In this document: positions 1-13,029 of the stretch, piece after piece
How the letters are laid out: each line of letters starts with the position of its first letter
Numbering within the stretch: position 1 is the stretch's first letter
Assembly: GCA_951406725.2 (NCBI GenBank)
Contig: OX597819.1
Coordinates: 39,122,001 to 39,186,000, forward strand
Origin: Octopus vulgaris
Taxonomy: Eukaryota
Direction of reading: 5' to 3'
Length of the DNA: 64,000 nt
The notes under the pieces: model-generated
What the model saw: the letters and a program-made list of their open reading frames with translations, nothing else
What the model was told of the DNA's origin: nothing
The model's database searches: none
Made by a program: the position numbers and the translations under genes

Positions 1-227
1 GGACGGGACGCCGGTCCGTCGCAGGTGAGCTACAAGATGCAGGAGGAAAGAGTGAGAGAAAGTTGTGGCGAAAGAGTCAACAGAAGTTTCGCCATTACCT
101 TCTGCCGGAGTCGCGTGGAGCTTAGGTGTTTCGCTCATAAACACACACGTCGTCTGGTCTGAGATTCGATCCCGCAATCCCTCGACCGCAAGTCCGCTGC
201 TCTAACCACTAGGCCATGTGCCTCCAC
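1..227 (-). mobile_element. tRNA-derived SINE family A (truncated by window edge)
   Basis: Minus strand starts GTGGAGGCACATGGCCTAGTGGTTAGAGC (A box) with a B-box-like GATCGAATC; near-identical to the copy at 36593-36898. Confidence 0.85.
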
Positions 228-761
228 AAAATATAGTGAATCTATGTGACTATTATTTTAATTAGTGGTCGCTGCAAGTGAACGATAAATAAAAAGACAT
301 ATTGGCACCCATTAGCGTTTGATAAAATGAAGAATTGCTATTAATTTGTAGAAATCTCAAAGAATATTACAATATTTTTCTTGGACACTTCCAGATTCAT
401 GGACAATATTATATTATCTCTATAGATAGCTGCTATTGTTATTACTGTCACAGACATATTTGATGTGTATATTAAATAACGCAAAATCAAATGAAAGGAA
501 AATAGGAATGTGGTTGTGAAAATTAACACCAATATTCCTAGTCCTGCATTCTCAGAACATTGGCCTTCTGGAATCTTCTCCTGCTCGTGTCTTTCTCGCA
601 GTTGTTGATCTACAACTTAACTGTTTTGATACCAACGAGCCTGAGACCGCCTTTGGCTCTAAGAGTCAGACTTCCTGTTTTAAAATGACTGACATTAAAA
701 CGTTCATCAAAAATTTATGTTAATTTAAGCTGCAAACATCAGCTTAATATTTCTTGTTATT

Positions 762-987
762 CTTTCACTTGTTTCGGTCATTAGATTACATCCATGCTGG
801 GATACTACCTTGATAGGGTCTAGCCGAACAAGCCGATCCCAGTACTTATTTTTTTCAGCCTGGTAATTAGTCTATCGGTCTCTTTTAGCAGAATCACTAG
901 ATCACAGAGACGTAAACAAACCAACATCGGTTGCCAAGTGGTGGTGGTGAACAGACACAAATACGAACACGCACACAGTTATATACA

Positions 988-990
<3 letters not shown>
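762..990 (-). mobile_element. SINE family B, tail half, degenerate
   Basis: cttgtttc..catt..ccatgctgg..agtacttat..ctatcggtctctttt..aacatcggttg..acagacacaaa matches family B. Confidence 0.65.
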
Positions 991-1026
<36 letters not shown>

Positions 1027-1266
1027 TTGCTATTATGCAAGTGTCGTAAGTACAAGTCCAAAATGTTACTTTTTCAGAAAATAGTTTCACCATTCCATAG
1101 CAAGACTGCTGTACTACACTATGACTATTTTTGATATCTTGGCATCTGAAGCAGCTGGAGATACGATAGTTTGGCCAAAAGAGCCGGCTATTGCAAATAA
1201 AAATAAATATTGAAAAAAACGCATTTGGCCAAATTTGAACACACAACAGTTTAACATAATAACAAC

Positions 1267-1312
<46 letters not shown>

Positions 1313-1316
<4 letters not shown>

Positions 1317-1700
1317 AGGAAGCACTCCGCCGGTTACGACGATGAGGGTTCCGGTTGATCCGAATCAACGGAACAGCCTGCTCGTGAAATTAACGTGTAA
1401 GTGGCTGAGCACTCAACAGACACGTGTACCCTTAACGTAGTTCTCGGGGATATTCAGCGTGACACAGAGAGTGACAAGGCCGGCCCTTTGAAATACAGGT
1501 ACAACAGAAACAGGAAGTAAGAGTGAGAGAAAGTTGTGGTGAAAGAGTACAGCAGGGATCACCACCATCCCCTGCCGGAGCCTCGTGGAGCTTTTAGGTG
1601 TTTTCGCTCAATAAACACTCACAACGCCCGGTCTGGAAACGAAACCGCGATCCTATGACCGCGAGTCCGCTGCCCAACCACTGGGCCATTGCGCCTCTAC
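1313..1700 (-). mobile_element. tRNA-derived SINE with family A head/body but a different tail
   Basis: Head GGCGCAATGGCCCAGTGGTT; shares gagtgagagaaagttgtgg..cgtggagctt..ggtgtt..cgctca with family A; distinct 3' part; lies between (TA)n and (CA)n. Confidence 0.8.
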
Positions 1701-1739
1701 ACACACACACACACACAACACACACACACACACACACAT

Positions 1740-1800
<61 letters not shown>

Positions 1801-1831
1801 GTGTGTGTGTGTGTGTACACACACACACTTA

Positions 1832-2310
1832 CACGAGGGGGTGCTGAAAAGTTTATAGGCTATCTATGAAGGAGTAATGCAAGAGCTGTGAAATCTTGCC
1901 TGCATTCATTTCAACTCTTATTAATAAGCGCATTGTTTTTGTCGTGGTAAACTAACAGCTGACTGTTCAAAAAAGACTTCAATTGTAATTAGTAGCGACT
2001 TCTTTTGAGAACGGACAAAATTTGGGCATCGTGGTGTTATTGAGTATCTTCAGGAAAAGGGTTTAGCCCCCAAGGACATTCATGCTGTCATGGTTGCTAC
2101 ATTAAGGGATGACGTTCCAATTTTATCAACAGTGTAAAATTGAGCAGTTGGATTTAGGATGGGAACGGAGAGCTTTGAAAATGACCAAGGGTCTGGAGAT
2201 CCTGAAACTACCATCACCGAGGAAACCATTGACCGTGTTCGCCACATGGTGAGGATGACAGGTGATTGATTATAAATCAAATAGCTAATGTTATTAGCAT
2301 ATCCCTTGAG
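1832..2310 (+). mobile_element. Mariner relic: 5' TIR plus decayed transposase N-terminus
   Basis: TIR-like CACGAGGGGGTGCTGAAAAGT; translates to HRGVIEYLQEKGLAPKDIH..GSGDPETTITEETIDRVRH..IINQIANVISIS (mariner HTH region) with stops and frameshifts. Confidence 0.75.
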
Positions 2311-2754
2311 ATCGTTGAGGCTATAATAGTAGAAGACATTTACCCAAGGTGCCATGCAGTGGGACTGAACCCAGAACCATGTGGTTTGGAAGCAAAAACT
2401 TTGTTGCATTTCAATAGAAATTTAACAAAAGAGTTAAATGGAACATTGACGACATTAAGCCCGGCTCTTTCGGAGGGCTTGCAAAGGACATGTGCACCGC
2501 CCCTTCCTCTAGAACAAAAACAAAAAAGATACTAAAAGGGCTCCTACAAACGCACCAAGGGTTTTAATATTACTGACCCATCTCCTCTTAAGTGTTAACC
2601 ATACAGCACTATTTTGTAATACTTCTAGTTTTGCAATATAATGATAATATTATTCGAACTGCTTTTAATTGCAATATCGAAAACACGTTGTATCTCTAAG
2701 CAGCTCTCCACAACAGATTACTCGGATGTTACATGTTTCATAAGAAGAAATACT

Positions 2755-3222
2755 ATTATAAAGCTGATGACGGATGCGATGTACGCATTCGCCACCTCCG
2801 CTCGATCTTTCAGTAACAGCTTCCTCTCGGCCCATTTCTGGGTGAGGATTGGCCACCCTGTTCGTCACCTCTTCCCAGTTTTTATCCACCTGGAGGTCCG
2901 GACCGAACCAGACCCCGAGCAGTTTTACGGGTCCCTCTGTCCAGCGCCCTACGACACTGTTGGACGGCATAGAATTGTCTCTCCAGGTGCCCAGTTGCAA
3001 GCCCACGGACTTTTCCGCGTTAATCTTTGCACCTGTCACCTTGACGTCGTCGGCATAGGCAGACACGCAGTTTCCACCTCCTAGATCGCGCGGGATACCC
3101 CTCAATGCCTCCAACTTGTGCAGTAATGGCTCGAGAGTCAATACGTACAAGAGGGAGGAGAGAGGGCATCCTTGGCGAACCGAACGCGAGATGTCAAACG
3201 GCTCCGAAAGGTGACCATTCAC
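2755..3222 (-). pseudogene. Tx1/L1-clade reverse transcriptase fragment
   Basis: SRSVRQGCPLSSLLYVLTLEPLL..AYADDV..GAKINAEKS..KLLGVWFG motifs; internally deleted. Confidence 0.85.
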
Positions 3223-3224
3223 CC

Positions 3225-3352
3225 TGTTATCCTGCTTTTTTGTACACGGACTTTTTCAAACGGACAAAACCCTTTGTAACTTTCGTCCTGTATTTCGTCC
3301 CTTTATGTTTTAATTGATTTTTGTTAGCCCTTGTGGCCAATAAACGAACGAA
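3225..3352 (+). mobile_element. Putative Tx1-like LINE 3' UTR end, opposite orientation to the adjacent RT fragment
   Basis: Pyrimidine-rich stretch ending tagcccttgtggccaataaacgaacgaa, similar to the Tx1 3' end at 8380-8404. Confidence 0.55.
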
Positions 3353-3730
3353 TTACAAAGCTGATTTAAGTGTCTTCCTTCTACTCGTGCTTATCTTAAG
3401 TTGTTTTCTTTTTTTCAATGCTCCAGCTGGTCTTGTTAGAGAAAGTGTTGGACTAATGGTTGAAATATGGGTGCAGACATGGCTGTGTGGATAAGAAATT
3501 CGCATCACAACTGCATGCTTCTTGGTTCTATCCAACTGTATGGCAGCTTGTGCAAATACCTTCAATCATAGATTCGTATTGGCTAATACTGTGTGTGTGA
3601 ATGGAAGTTGGTAGATGGACACTGTGCTGAAGTCCGTCACACTCACATGCATTTACAAACATACATACATTCATGCACGCACACGCACACACACACACAC
3701 AAACACATACATGCATGCATTATATACATG

Positions 3731-3860
3731 TAAGGCGGCGATCTGGCAGGATCGTTAGCACATCGGGCAAAATGCTTAGCGGCATTTCGTCCGTATTTAC
3801 GTTATCGACTAGTCCCTTCCCCAAAAATTTCAGGCCTTGTGCCTTAAGTAGAAAGAATTA
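3731..3860 (+). mobile_element. SINE family C, internally deleted
   Basis: Head aaggcggcgatctggcagg..cgttagcac..gggcaaaatgcttagcgg joined to tail atcgactagtcccttccccaaaaatttcaggccttgtgcc. Confidence 0.75.
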
Positions 3861-3882
3861 TATATGTATGCCTGCTTGTGTC

Positions 3883-4268
3883 TTTTTTACTTGTTTCAGT
3901 CATTTGACTGCGGCCATGCTGGAGCACCGCCTTTAGTCGGGCAAATCGACGCCAGGACTTATTCTTTGTAAGCCTAGTACTTATTCTTTAATTTTTTGGT
4001 CAAACCGTTAAGTTACGGGGACGTAAACACACCAGCATCGGTTGTCAAGCGATGTTGGGGGACAAACACAGACACGAACACACATATATATATATACATA
4101 TATACGACGGGCTTGTTTCAGTTTCCGTCTACAAAATCCACTCACAAGGCTTTAGTTGGCCCGAGGGTATAGTAGAAGACACTTGCCCAAGGTGTTACGC
4201 AGTGGGACTGAACCCAGAACTATGTGGTTGGTAAGCAAGCTACTTACCACACAGCCACTCCTGCGCCT
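3883..4268 (-). mobile_element. SINE family B (tRNA head, CORE-like segment, internal TA/CA microsatellite)
   Basis: Minus strand AGGCGCAGGAGTGGCTGTGTGGTAAG..GGTTCAGTCCC..CACCTTGGGCAAGTGTCTTC; many copies in the window. Confidence 0.9.
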
Positions 4269-4885
4269 GTGTACGTTTATTTATTTGCATCTATAGATGT
4301 TTTTGCCTATGAATATCGACGAAAAATATAAACATCAAAAGGTAAAAAAGCATTGTTTCAGCAACGAAATCTTTTGAAATATTTGTTCTGCGTCGAATTA
4401 TAGACATCTCCTGGTCATTGTCGTCGATAGAGATGTACTTAACCAGAGATTCTCCCATGGGAAAGCTTTAACGAATGTCACGCTATTGTTCACCGTTTCT
4501 AATATAATATAAATAATCATGGGATGTTTGTGTCGGACACCGCAATGTGTATGTAGCTAATATAGCTAACTACTTCTTTGTTGCTATCTCAAGAGAATGC
4601 ATCACAGATTCAAGCTCCCGTAGGAATCAGAAATATAATTAATGGAAACAGTAATATAAATGATGATTTATTACATTGACTGTATTATTAATGATCGTTT
4701 CATTAACTTACAAAGCTGAGTTAAAATCCTCTTGCGAATCTGCCTCATTATTGAAGTCCTCTCTGTGCAGTTCTTTCTTTAAACAATTTTCTCGCCTTCG
4801 CCATAACGCTCAAGCGGTGAGTCATGGTCAACATACAGCTGAAAGACATTAAAGGTTGGTCGACAAGCATTGCTGCAATAACATA

Positions 4886-5371
4886 CCGTAAATCCTCGAG
4901 TATAATCCGCATTTTATTCCCAAAATTTAATGGTCAAAATCCCTAGTGCGTACTATATACTAAGTTAAAAATGAAAAATATTTTCTAAGCAATGTGCGAG
5001 TCTATATTTGCTGTCCGGCAATGCATATTCAGACGCATTTGTGATGTCGGGCGCGAAAATACCTTAAGCTAAGCCTGAAAGCAATGAAGTCATAAAAGAA
5101 TCATCCATAACTTGCAGTAAGCAACATTTCTTAAAATAAAAGTATTCAGAACAATTTGCAAACATATTTATATTCCAATATAACAGTTGAGAACATCACC
5201 ATTATTGTATTACGCATGTTTGTTCAACTAGGTGCTGCTGGCTTAATTACGCACGACTCAAGTTAGAGAAGTGGTACGTATTATACACAAGGTTTAAGTT
5301 TTTCAGAGGTATAGCCCCCTAAAAATCCCCTGCGTATTATACTCAAGGGCGGACTATACGAGTATTTAGGG
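4886..5371. mobile_element. Tc1/mariner-pogo type MITE
   Basis: TIR CCGTAAATCCTCGAGTATAATCCGC / GCGGACTATACGAGTATTTAGGG; TA flanks; second copy, inverted, at 51307-51818. Confidence 0.85.
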
Positions 5372-5481
5372 TATCCTTTCCTCCTCGAATGTCCGTATCG
5401 AATCAAAAAGCCATTTTTATGTTGGAAGCCAATATTAAAGTTAACTGCCATCTGACAAGACCACATTTCAGAATAAATAGA

Positions 5482-5512
<31 letters not shown>

Positions 5513-5589
5513 GTAAACAAACAAATAAAAAAATATATGCAGAGTGACGAGCAAGCGGAAAAAATGCTCCTGGGTATTTATATAATGAG

Positions 5590-5750
5590 TCCAAATTCCG
5601 TCGAAGCCGACACTGCTTTCATCATTCTTAAAATAAGTACCAGTTAAGCGCTGGGGATCGATACAATTGACTGTCTCAACACCACAACCACTACCACTAA
5701 AACAGACAAAAAGAAATTCAGCCTCGCTGACTGTAGCAGACAGAATTATT
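5590..5750 (+). mobile_element. SINE family C, degenerate
   Basis: caaattccgtcgaagccgac..gctttcatc..aataagtaccagtt..ctggggatcgat. Confidence 0.6.
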
Positions 5751-6344
5751 ATTTCATAAAATGTCTAGCAAAATGTAAAGGCGGTCACTCTTAGAAAGTC
5801 TATTGGTCAAAATTATTCCAATCATACCCGTTCTATCAATTTAAGGTTATATAGAAATCTAAGTTGTTCTATCCTTATGTAGAACGTCTAAATTTTCCTA
5901 TCTTTATATAAGGCGGGGGATGGTGCGTAGGACATCTTAAGTGTCCTATCCTTATGTAAGACATCTAAATTGCCCTATTTTATATAAGGCAGGGAAGGTG
6001 TGATCTCAGGGAAATGTTACTGCTATTTCTATCAAGGCTCTTTCCTTGGTTCAAATTTTCTCATGGCTGTTCTTGTTTAGCGTTAATGGAGCTACCATAT
6101 GTTGAAAACCACTCCAACTACGATCATCTCACCTTTTTCCTTTGCGCAAGGAACCCAAGACTTTACTATCCTATTTCTATGAGAAACAAATTTTGGAGCA
6201 AAATGTCATCTGTCGATTATATAGACTGGTGCTTATTTTATCTACACTGGACGTATCAAATGCAGAAAACTCCAAAGCAAAGATTTGAACCCTGAACTTA
6301 AAGTACATATATGTGTGTGTGTGTGCGTACATACGCGCGCGCGC

Positions 6345-6521
6345 ATGTACACACCGTGCTTCCACGTAGTTTCCGTCTATAAATTCATTTACAAGGCATT
6401 GTGCCGGTCCATCCAGAGCTATAGTAGAAGCCACTTGTCCAAGGTATTGCGCAGTGGAACTTAAACCGAAGCCACGTGACTGCAAAGCGAGTTTCTTAAA
6501 CATACGGTCATACCTGCGCCT
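6345..6521 (-). mobile_element. SINE family B head half, degenerate
   Basis: gtttccgtctat.aaattcattt.acaaggc..ctatagtagaag.cacttgtccaaggt..gcagtgg. Confidence 0.65.
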
Positions 6522-7542
6522 TAAGTTACCTGCAGTTGATTGATTTAACTTCGGCATTAAAGCCAGTTCTCATTCTAACTTTTCTCTGTCTCTCCGTCTC
6601 TCTCTCCCTCTCTTTCTCCCTCCTCTCTCTCTCCCCCTCTCTCCCTTTCTTTCAACCCACGAGTTCACTGTAGCAGGTGTGGTTTCGTTTGACTATATTC
6701 TTGGAAGATGCAAAAGTGGACGGCCACATGGTTTTGTGTTTACGGTTAAAAATAATGTTTCTGCCAATTAGCAAACCATAGACACAAAATCGTATGGCTG
6801 CCCGCTTTTGCATCTTCCAGGAGTATCGCTATACGAAATCACGGCTACTGAAGCGAGTTCAAAGGGCTAGGTGTTTTAATAGACTACTCTGCTACATCGC
6901 CACAAAAACGATATTGGTAAGATATTTTTTAGCTGAAAAGAACTTGAAGCAAATAAAATATTGTACAGCAGAATGTACAGAAATTATTATTGAATAATCA
7001 ATAGTTTATTGTCGTATCTCCTAATCGATGCAGTAACTGATCAATATAGTTTCTCGCAAACAAAGAAAGAAATGTAACCTCTTCTGAACGACAAATCACA
7101 ATTTTATAACTTTCTGCAAAAAACTATCACTCGGAACGTGTTGTAAGTAAAAAGTTGATATTTTGAAAGCTAACGGAATTAACTATATCGTTAGTAACTA
7201 TGTGTGAAGAAAAACAAATAATCCATATTGGTTTATCTACAAGCAACATAAGTAAAGACGACAATCGCAAACGGGTATGACTCTTTAACATGTACCATGT
7301 TTTCGCCTAGTTGTTTTAGGTCCCTGGCTAGTCAAGAGAAGACATAAATAGTGCCTAAGTCTCTTTTCCCTTGACCCATCGGAACATCCATGATGTGACA
7401 CCTGGAGAGGGAGAGAGCTGCGCTAACATGGTGACCTCAGCGGGATTTGTACTCAGAGTCCAAAGGGCCAGAACAAATATCGCAATGCATTCTAACCAAC
7501 ACTCCAATGTCTGCCATTGCCGACATTTTCTAGATATAAGCA

Positions 7543-7768
<226 letters not shown>

Positions 7769-8405
7769 CTTCAAACGGGAAGGAAGAGCTATTTTTATCA
7801 TACCTGTGGCTATGGCGAAAGAATGTATCTGGTGGATGCGCCTGAAAGGATTAGAGACAAACACTTTCCTCTCTGGTCAATCTCTCATCAACTTCTTCAA
7901 GTATCACTTGAAGAGGAAAGTGAGAGTAGAGAGGCAAGTTTTGTCTAGTGAATGTTTTAAAAAAAGATGGGTGAATGTAGCAAGGATGGCACGTATGAAT
8001 AACGAAGCCACCTTGACTATGATTCTATGAACCGTAAAAATTAATACAGAGAGTTGCTTATTTGCAAAAAAAAAAAAGAAGAAATATAACATGTGACTTC
8101 ATTGACCGAGGTTACCGTGGTCTTTTCCGTAGGCTTTTCTTTCCACGGGTAAACCTCACCTGTCCTCCCCTTTACACTTCATATTGACATTTCTGTGATT
8201 ACGATCCCTATTGATCAACTTTTTTTTCCTCTCGCCTTCTCTCCCCCCCCTTTTTTTTTAATTCTCTCCTTTTTTTGTCCTCTTTCTTTCCTTTTACGAT
8301 CCCTTTTGATCGAAAACCAAACCCCCTTTTTTTATCCCCAAAAGAAAAGCTCTACCTTGTTATCTGTTCTGTCTGTGTGCAGCCCTGTGTGGCTAATAAA
8401 GAAAC
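7769..8405 (+). mobile_element. Tx1/L1-like LINE 3' fragment (ORF2 C-terminus plus 3' UTR) embedded in (TCTA)n
   Basis: ..[47 protein letters not shown] resembles Tx1/L1 ORF2 C-termini; ends cagccctgtgtggctaataaagaaa; TCTA tracts on both sides. Confidence 0.7.
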
Positions 8406-8406
8406 A

Positions 8407-8477
<71 letters not shown>

Positions 8478-8488
8478 TTAACTATCTG

Positions 8489-8556
<68 letters not shown>

Positions 8557-8560
8557 TCTG

Positions 8561-8630
<70 letters not shown>
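8406..8630. repeat. (TCTA)n microsatellite
   Basis: Directly visible. Confidence 0.95.
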
Positions 8631-8631
<1 letters not shown>

Positions 8632-8907
8632 GTGTGCGTGCGTTTGTTATATAATAGACACCACCGTGCTTCGGTTCGATCTTTTATATTAACCTTTTTT
8701 TTCATATTTCCTTATTAGTCTTTTATGGCTTTGTTTGGCTCAATAACATTCCTAAATTATTAATCTGATGTTTCGAGACTTTCGCCATCTCATAGTCATG
8801 TTTGTCATATAAGGTACGTGAAGGAAAAGCTGTTCACTATTTATGCATACGCGCGTGTGCACACACACACACACACACACACATACACACACACACACAC
8901 ATAGATA

Positions 8908-9353
<446 letters not shown>

Positions 9354-9494
9354 ATACAAACATACGTACGTACCTATCTACCTAGCTATCTACCTACCTA
9401 CCTACATACATACATACATACATACACACATACATACATACATACATACATACATACATACATACATACATACATACATACATACATACATCTC

Positions 9495-9787
9495 CTTGTT
9501 TCAGACATTATTCTGCAGCCATGATGGGGCACTGGCTCGAAGAACATTTAGTCGAATGAATCAACCCCAGCATTTATTTTTTTCAAGTCTAGCACTTCTT
9601 CTATCGTTTTTTTTTTTTTTTGCCGAACTGCTATGTTACATACGGCGGGTTTCTTTCAGTTTCCGTCTCCCAAATCTACTCATAAGGCTATGGTCGGCCC
9701 AAGGCTATTGCAGAATACATTCGTCCAAGGAAACTGAACCGGAAACCATATGGTTGGGAAGCAAGCTACTTACCACTGTCACGCCTA
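9495..9787 (-). mobile_element. SINE family B, degenerate
   Basis: cttgtttcag..gcagccatg..tttgccgaactgcta..tctttcagtttccgtct..gcaagctacttaccac. Confidence 0.7.
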
Positions 9788-9807
9788 CGTTGATGGTAGC
9801 AGTGAGA

Positions 9808-9885
<78 letters not shown>

Positions 9886-10025
9886 GAGTGAGAGAGTGGG
9901 TATGTGAGAGAAAGAGGGAGGTGATGCACAACTGTTTGACCATGTCCCTTTCACAGAAATTCCTGTTGCCAATATACTGAACCAACACACTGAATACAAT
10001 CATTTTTGTTTTATCTTTTGCTTTC

Positions 10026-10056
<31 letters not shown>

Positions 10057-10070
10057 CATACATACATACA

Positions 10071-10118
<48 letters not shown>

Positions 10119-10232
10119 CATACATACATACATACATACATACATACATACATACATACACACATACATACATACATACATACATACATACATACATACA
10201 TACATACATACATACATACATACATACATACA
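9808..10232. repeat. (TAA)n and (TACA)n microsatellites
   Basis: Directly visible at about 9808-9884 and 10027-10232. Confidence 0.9.
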
Positions 10233-10344
10233 AAATGCACTCTAATAGAAATAAAGTTTACCCAAAATTAAACATTCTAATATAATAAATGCGAATGTCA
10301 GTGTGTTACACTTTTGCAACTTTAATAAATCCTTTATACTGAAA

Positions 10345-10535
10345 GCACAAGGCCTCAAATTTTGTGGGGAGAGATTAAATCGATTACATCGACCCCAGTA
10401 CGCAACTGGTATTTATTTTATCGACCCCAGAAGGATGAAAGTCAAAGTCGACCTCGAACTCAAAACTTAATGGCGGATGAATTACTGTTAAACATTTGGC
10501 CCGGCGTGCTTACGATTCTGCAAGCTCACCCCCTC
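10345..10535 (-). mobile_element. SINE family C, degenerate
   Basis: cgattacatcgaccccagtacgcaactggta..ttatcgaccc..aaggatgaaag..aaagtcgacctcg. Confidence 0.8.
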
Positions 10536-10557
10536 AATATAGTACAAAAATATAATA

Positions 10558-11432
10558 CAGGGTTTTTCCAGAAGTCTTGAGCACATTTTGACATTGAATA
10601 TCTCGAAAACTATTAAGGACAAAAAACGCATCTGATATATTCTGAAAGCCCGCAATTTTAAGTTTTTTTTATGGAATATTCAAAGATGTTCAATGTGAGC
10701 ACCGTTGGTCAAAGCCGATAGTCCAATTCTTACCAAACGTATTCCAGCATTGCGTTGTCGATGGTTGCAACAGTTTTCGTTATTCGGGCCTTCATTTCAT
10801 CCACTCTTTGGGAAGAGGAGGCACATAGACCAGTCCTTTCACAAACGCCCACAAAAAGAAATCGCAGGGTGTGAGATCTGGAGACCTGGGAGGCCAGGAC
10901 AAGAACGCGATCATCTCGCCCAGACCGTCCAATCCATCTGTCTGGCAGTGTTGTGTCTAACCCTGAGTCTCCAGTGCGGTGACGCCCCATCCTGTTGGAA
11001 TATGAAGTCTCTACTTGCTCTTCTGATCGATTTACGGGGCTTCCGCTCGAAGGCAGTTCGAACTCGCTCAACCGTATCATCTGAAGTTGAGGGGTGTCCC
11101 GTTCTTTTAGCTGGGCACAAACGCCTATCTTTCATGAATTTACCATGCATCTCAATATGGACTTCCTTTTTGGTGCTTCCTTTCAGAATTTTGTGCGAAA
11201 TGCACGTTGAACATATGTCCATGATTCAGTTTTTGCAAATTTAAGGACGCAACGCCTTTTCTGATTGAGTGAACCGCCTTTACTGGATCTGAAAAAATAT
11301 GAAAAAAATCGTTAGCATTACAAAAAACTTTATGAATTTAGCTTTAAAATGGTACCAGTTTCATCTTACTACCAATCATAGTCCAGCAGATATGAGGACT
11401 TGAAATGTGCCCAAGACTTCTGGAACACCCTG
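10558..11432 (-). mobile_element. Internally deleted Tc1/mariner-superfamily element (DD37D/DD41D-like)
   Basis: About 30-bp TIRs CAGGGT(G/T)TTCCAGAAGTCTTG(G/A)GCACATTT; TA flanks; decayed transposase FQQDGASPHW..PDRWIGR..WPPRSPDLTPCDFFLW. Confidence 0.9.
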
Positions 11433-11654
11433 TATAATAAATGTGTATGTCAGTGTGTCACACTTTTTCACCCTTACTTCTCGAGGCCATAGCCCAACAT
11501 ATACCATTTTGGAATCGGGCTGACTCTGTGAGTAAATTAAAAAAACATTTCGGGTCGAATCCTGACCCACAAACCTGAAATTTTGGATTCTCAAATTTTC
11601 CTTACTGTGGTTGTTATCGGCAATATTTTTACGTGACTTTTTGCGACAAATTTG

Positions 11655-12081
11655 GGATCTGTTCGGTTTGAACGGCAGTTTTTAACATAATTTCTAGGTA
11701 ACTTAAAAATGTTAAACTTCGTATACTGATAGAATGTGTTTATAAAACATCTTCATCTCTTGGCTTTATCGAAAAAAATTCTATAGTTTGTAAGATATTT
11801 GTTGTTTTTTTCAATTTCTGCAATTTCAACCAATCACTGACGTCTATTGAGGTAAAAAACATTCTGTGCCGTATGAATATGTCCCTCGTTTAAGAAACAG
11901 ATTGGGTTTGTTTACATTTGTGAAGAAAAAAAGATACCCTTCCCCCCCACCCCTAACCCTAACCCTAACCCTAACCCTAAAACAGATTGAACTGCAATAG
12001 ATCGATACTAGGGTCATAATTATGGGTGACAATTTCATATGACACCGCTAGAAAAAACTGCCGGTCAAACCGAAAAGATCT
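11655..12081 (+). mobile_element. Telomeric-repeat-bearing MITE (Merlin-like), copy 1
   Basis: TIR GGATCTTTTCGGTTTGAACGGCAGTTTTT; 8-bp TSD CAAATTTG; internal (CCCTAA)5 at 11951-11980. Confidence 0.9.
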
Positions 12082-12284
12082 CAAATTTGTACGATAACAA
12101 TTTTTATAATCTAAAGGCTATCTCTGTGAGTAAATTAAAAACATACTGGGCCGAATCCGGACCGGCAATCCCGAAATTTTGGATTCCTATGTTTTCATTA
12201 CTGCGATTGTTTTCGGCAATTTTTTTTTAAATGATTTTTTTGGAGGTGGGGGGGGACACGAATATGATCATCGTTGGGATATAT

Positions 12285-12315
<31 letters not shown>

Positions 12316-12409
12316 CACTAGTGTATGACTTGTTTTATATTAGAATAAGTAGTTTTAATTCATTGAAATATAGGTGCATAATCAAGAAGGAATTAAAGAT
12401 TGTTTACTG

Positions 12410-12710
12410 CAGTGGTTCTTAGTCGGGGTCGACATAAGATTTTGTTGGGGCCAACGCAAGCAAAATAGTAAATCGAGGACACTCAGTAATATATTAAGGG
12501 TCCCTGAAAAAATTCGCTTTAGATGTATTCATCGCAAGAAACAGCAACGTTTCTTTCTCTGGTGTCATAAGTGAATGTGTCATAAACAATACAAATTTTG
12601 AAAGAGGTATCTATAAAGCTATTTTTTAAACATAGAATGACTATCGGAATCCACCAGAATAAAATAATAACCAAAGGGGTCCATTGATAAAAGATGGTTA
12701 AGAACCACTG
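12410..12710. mobile_element. hAT (Charlie-like) MITE
   Basis: TIR CAGTGGTTCTTA/TAAGAACCACTG; exact 8-bp TSD GTTTACTG. Confidence 0.85.
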
Positions 12711-12720
12711 GTTTACTGTT

Positions 12721-12972
12721 GTGTAAGAGCGTGGCCCCGTAGTTAGGGGTGTTGGACCGATGATCGTAAAATTATGGTTTCTAGCCCTGAATCGGGCAAC
12801 GCGTTGTGTTCTTGAGCAAAACCCTTCATTTCACGTTGTCCAGTCCACTCAGTTGGCAAGAATGAGTATTCCTGCCACGGACCGGCATTCAGTCCAGATG
12901 GAGGTTATGTACGCCATGAGACCGGGAAACCGTTTCTTATGAGTCGGCATGATTCGAGAAGGTAACTTTACT
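12721..12972 (+). mobile_element. tRNA-derived SINE family D
   Basis: Degenerate tRNA head, then gttcttgagcaaaac.cttcatttcacgttg.ccagtccactcagttggcaa..atgagta; homologous to 32482-32742; flanked by gtttactgt. Confidence 0.75.
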
Positions 12973-13029
12973 GTTTACTGTGTCCATAATTGGCTTACCA
13001 GAAAATGTAAGCGTTGCAATGATAACACT

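Noticed and set aside
5855-6003. ~80-bp diverged tandem duplication (similar small ones at 36529-36589 and 56000-56095)
   Set aside because: Ordinary local slippage or duplication with no further signal
7310-7540. Possible coding fragment upstream of the TCTA tract
   Set aside because: No recognisable motif in any frame; could not be assigned
11951-11980. True telomere or chromosome-fusion scar
   Set aside because: Short tracts always at the same internal position of a TIR element
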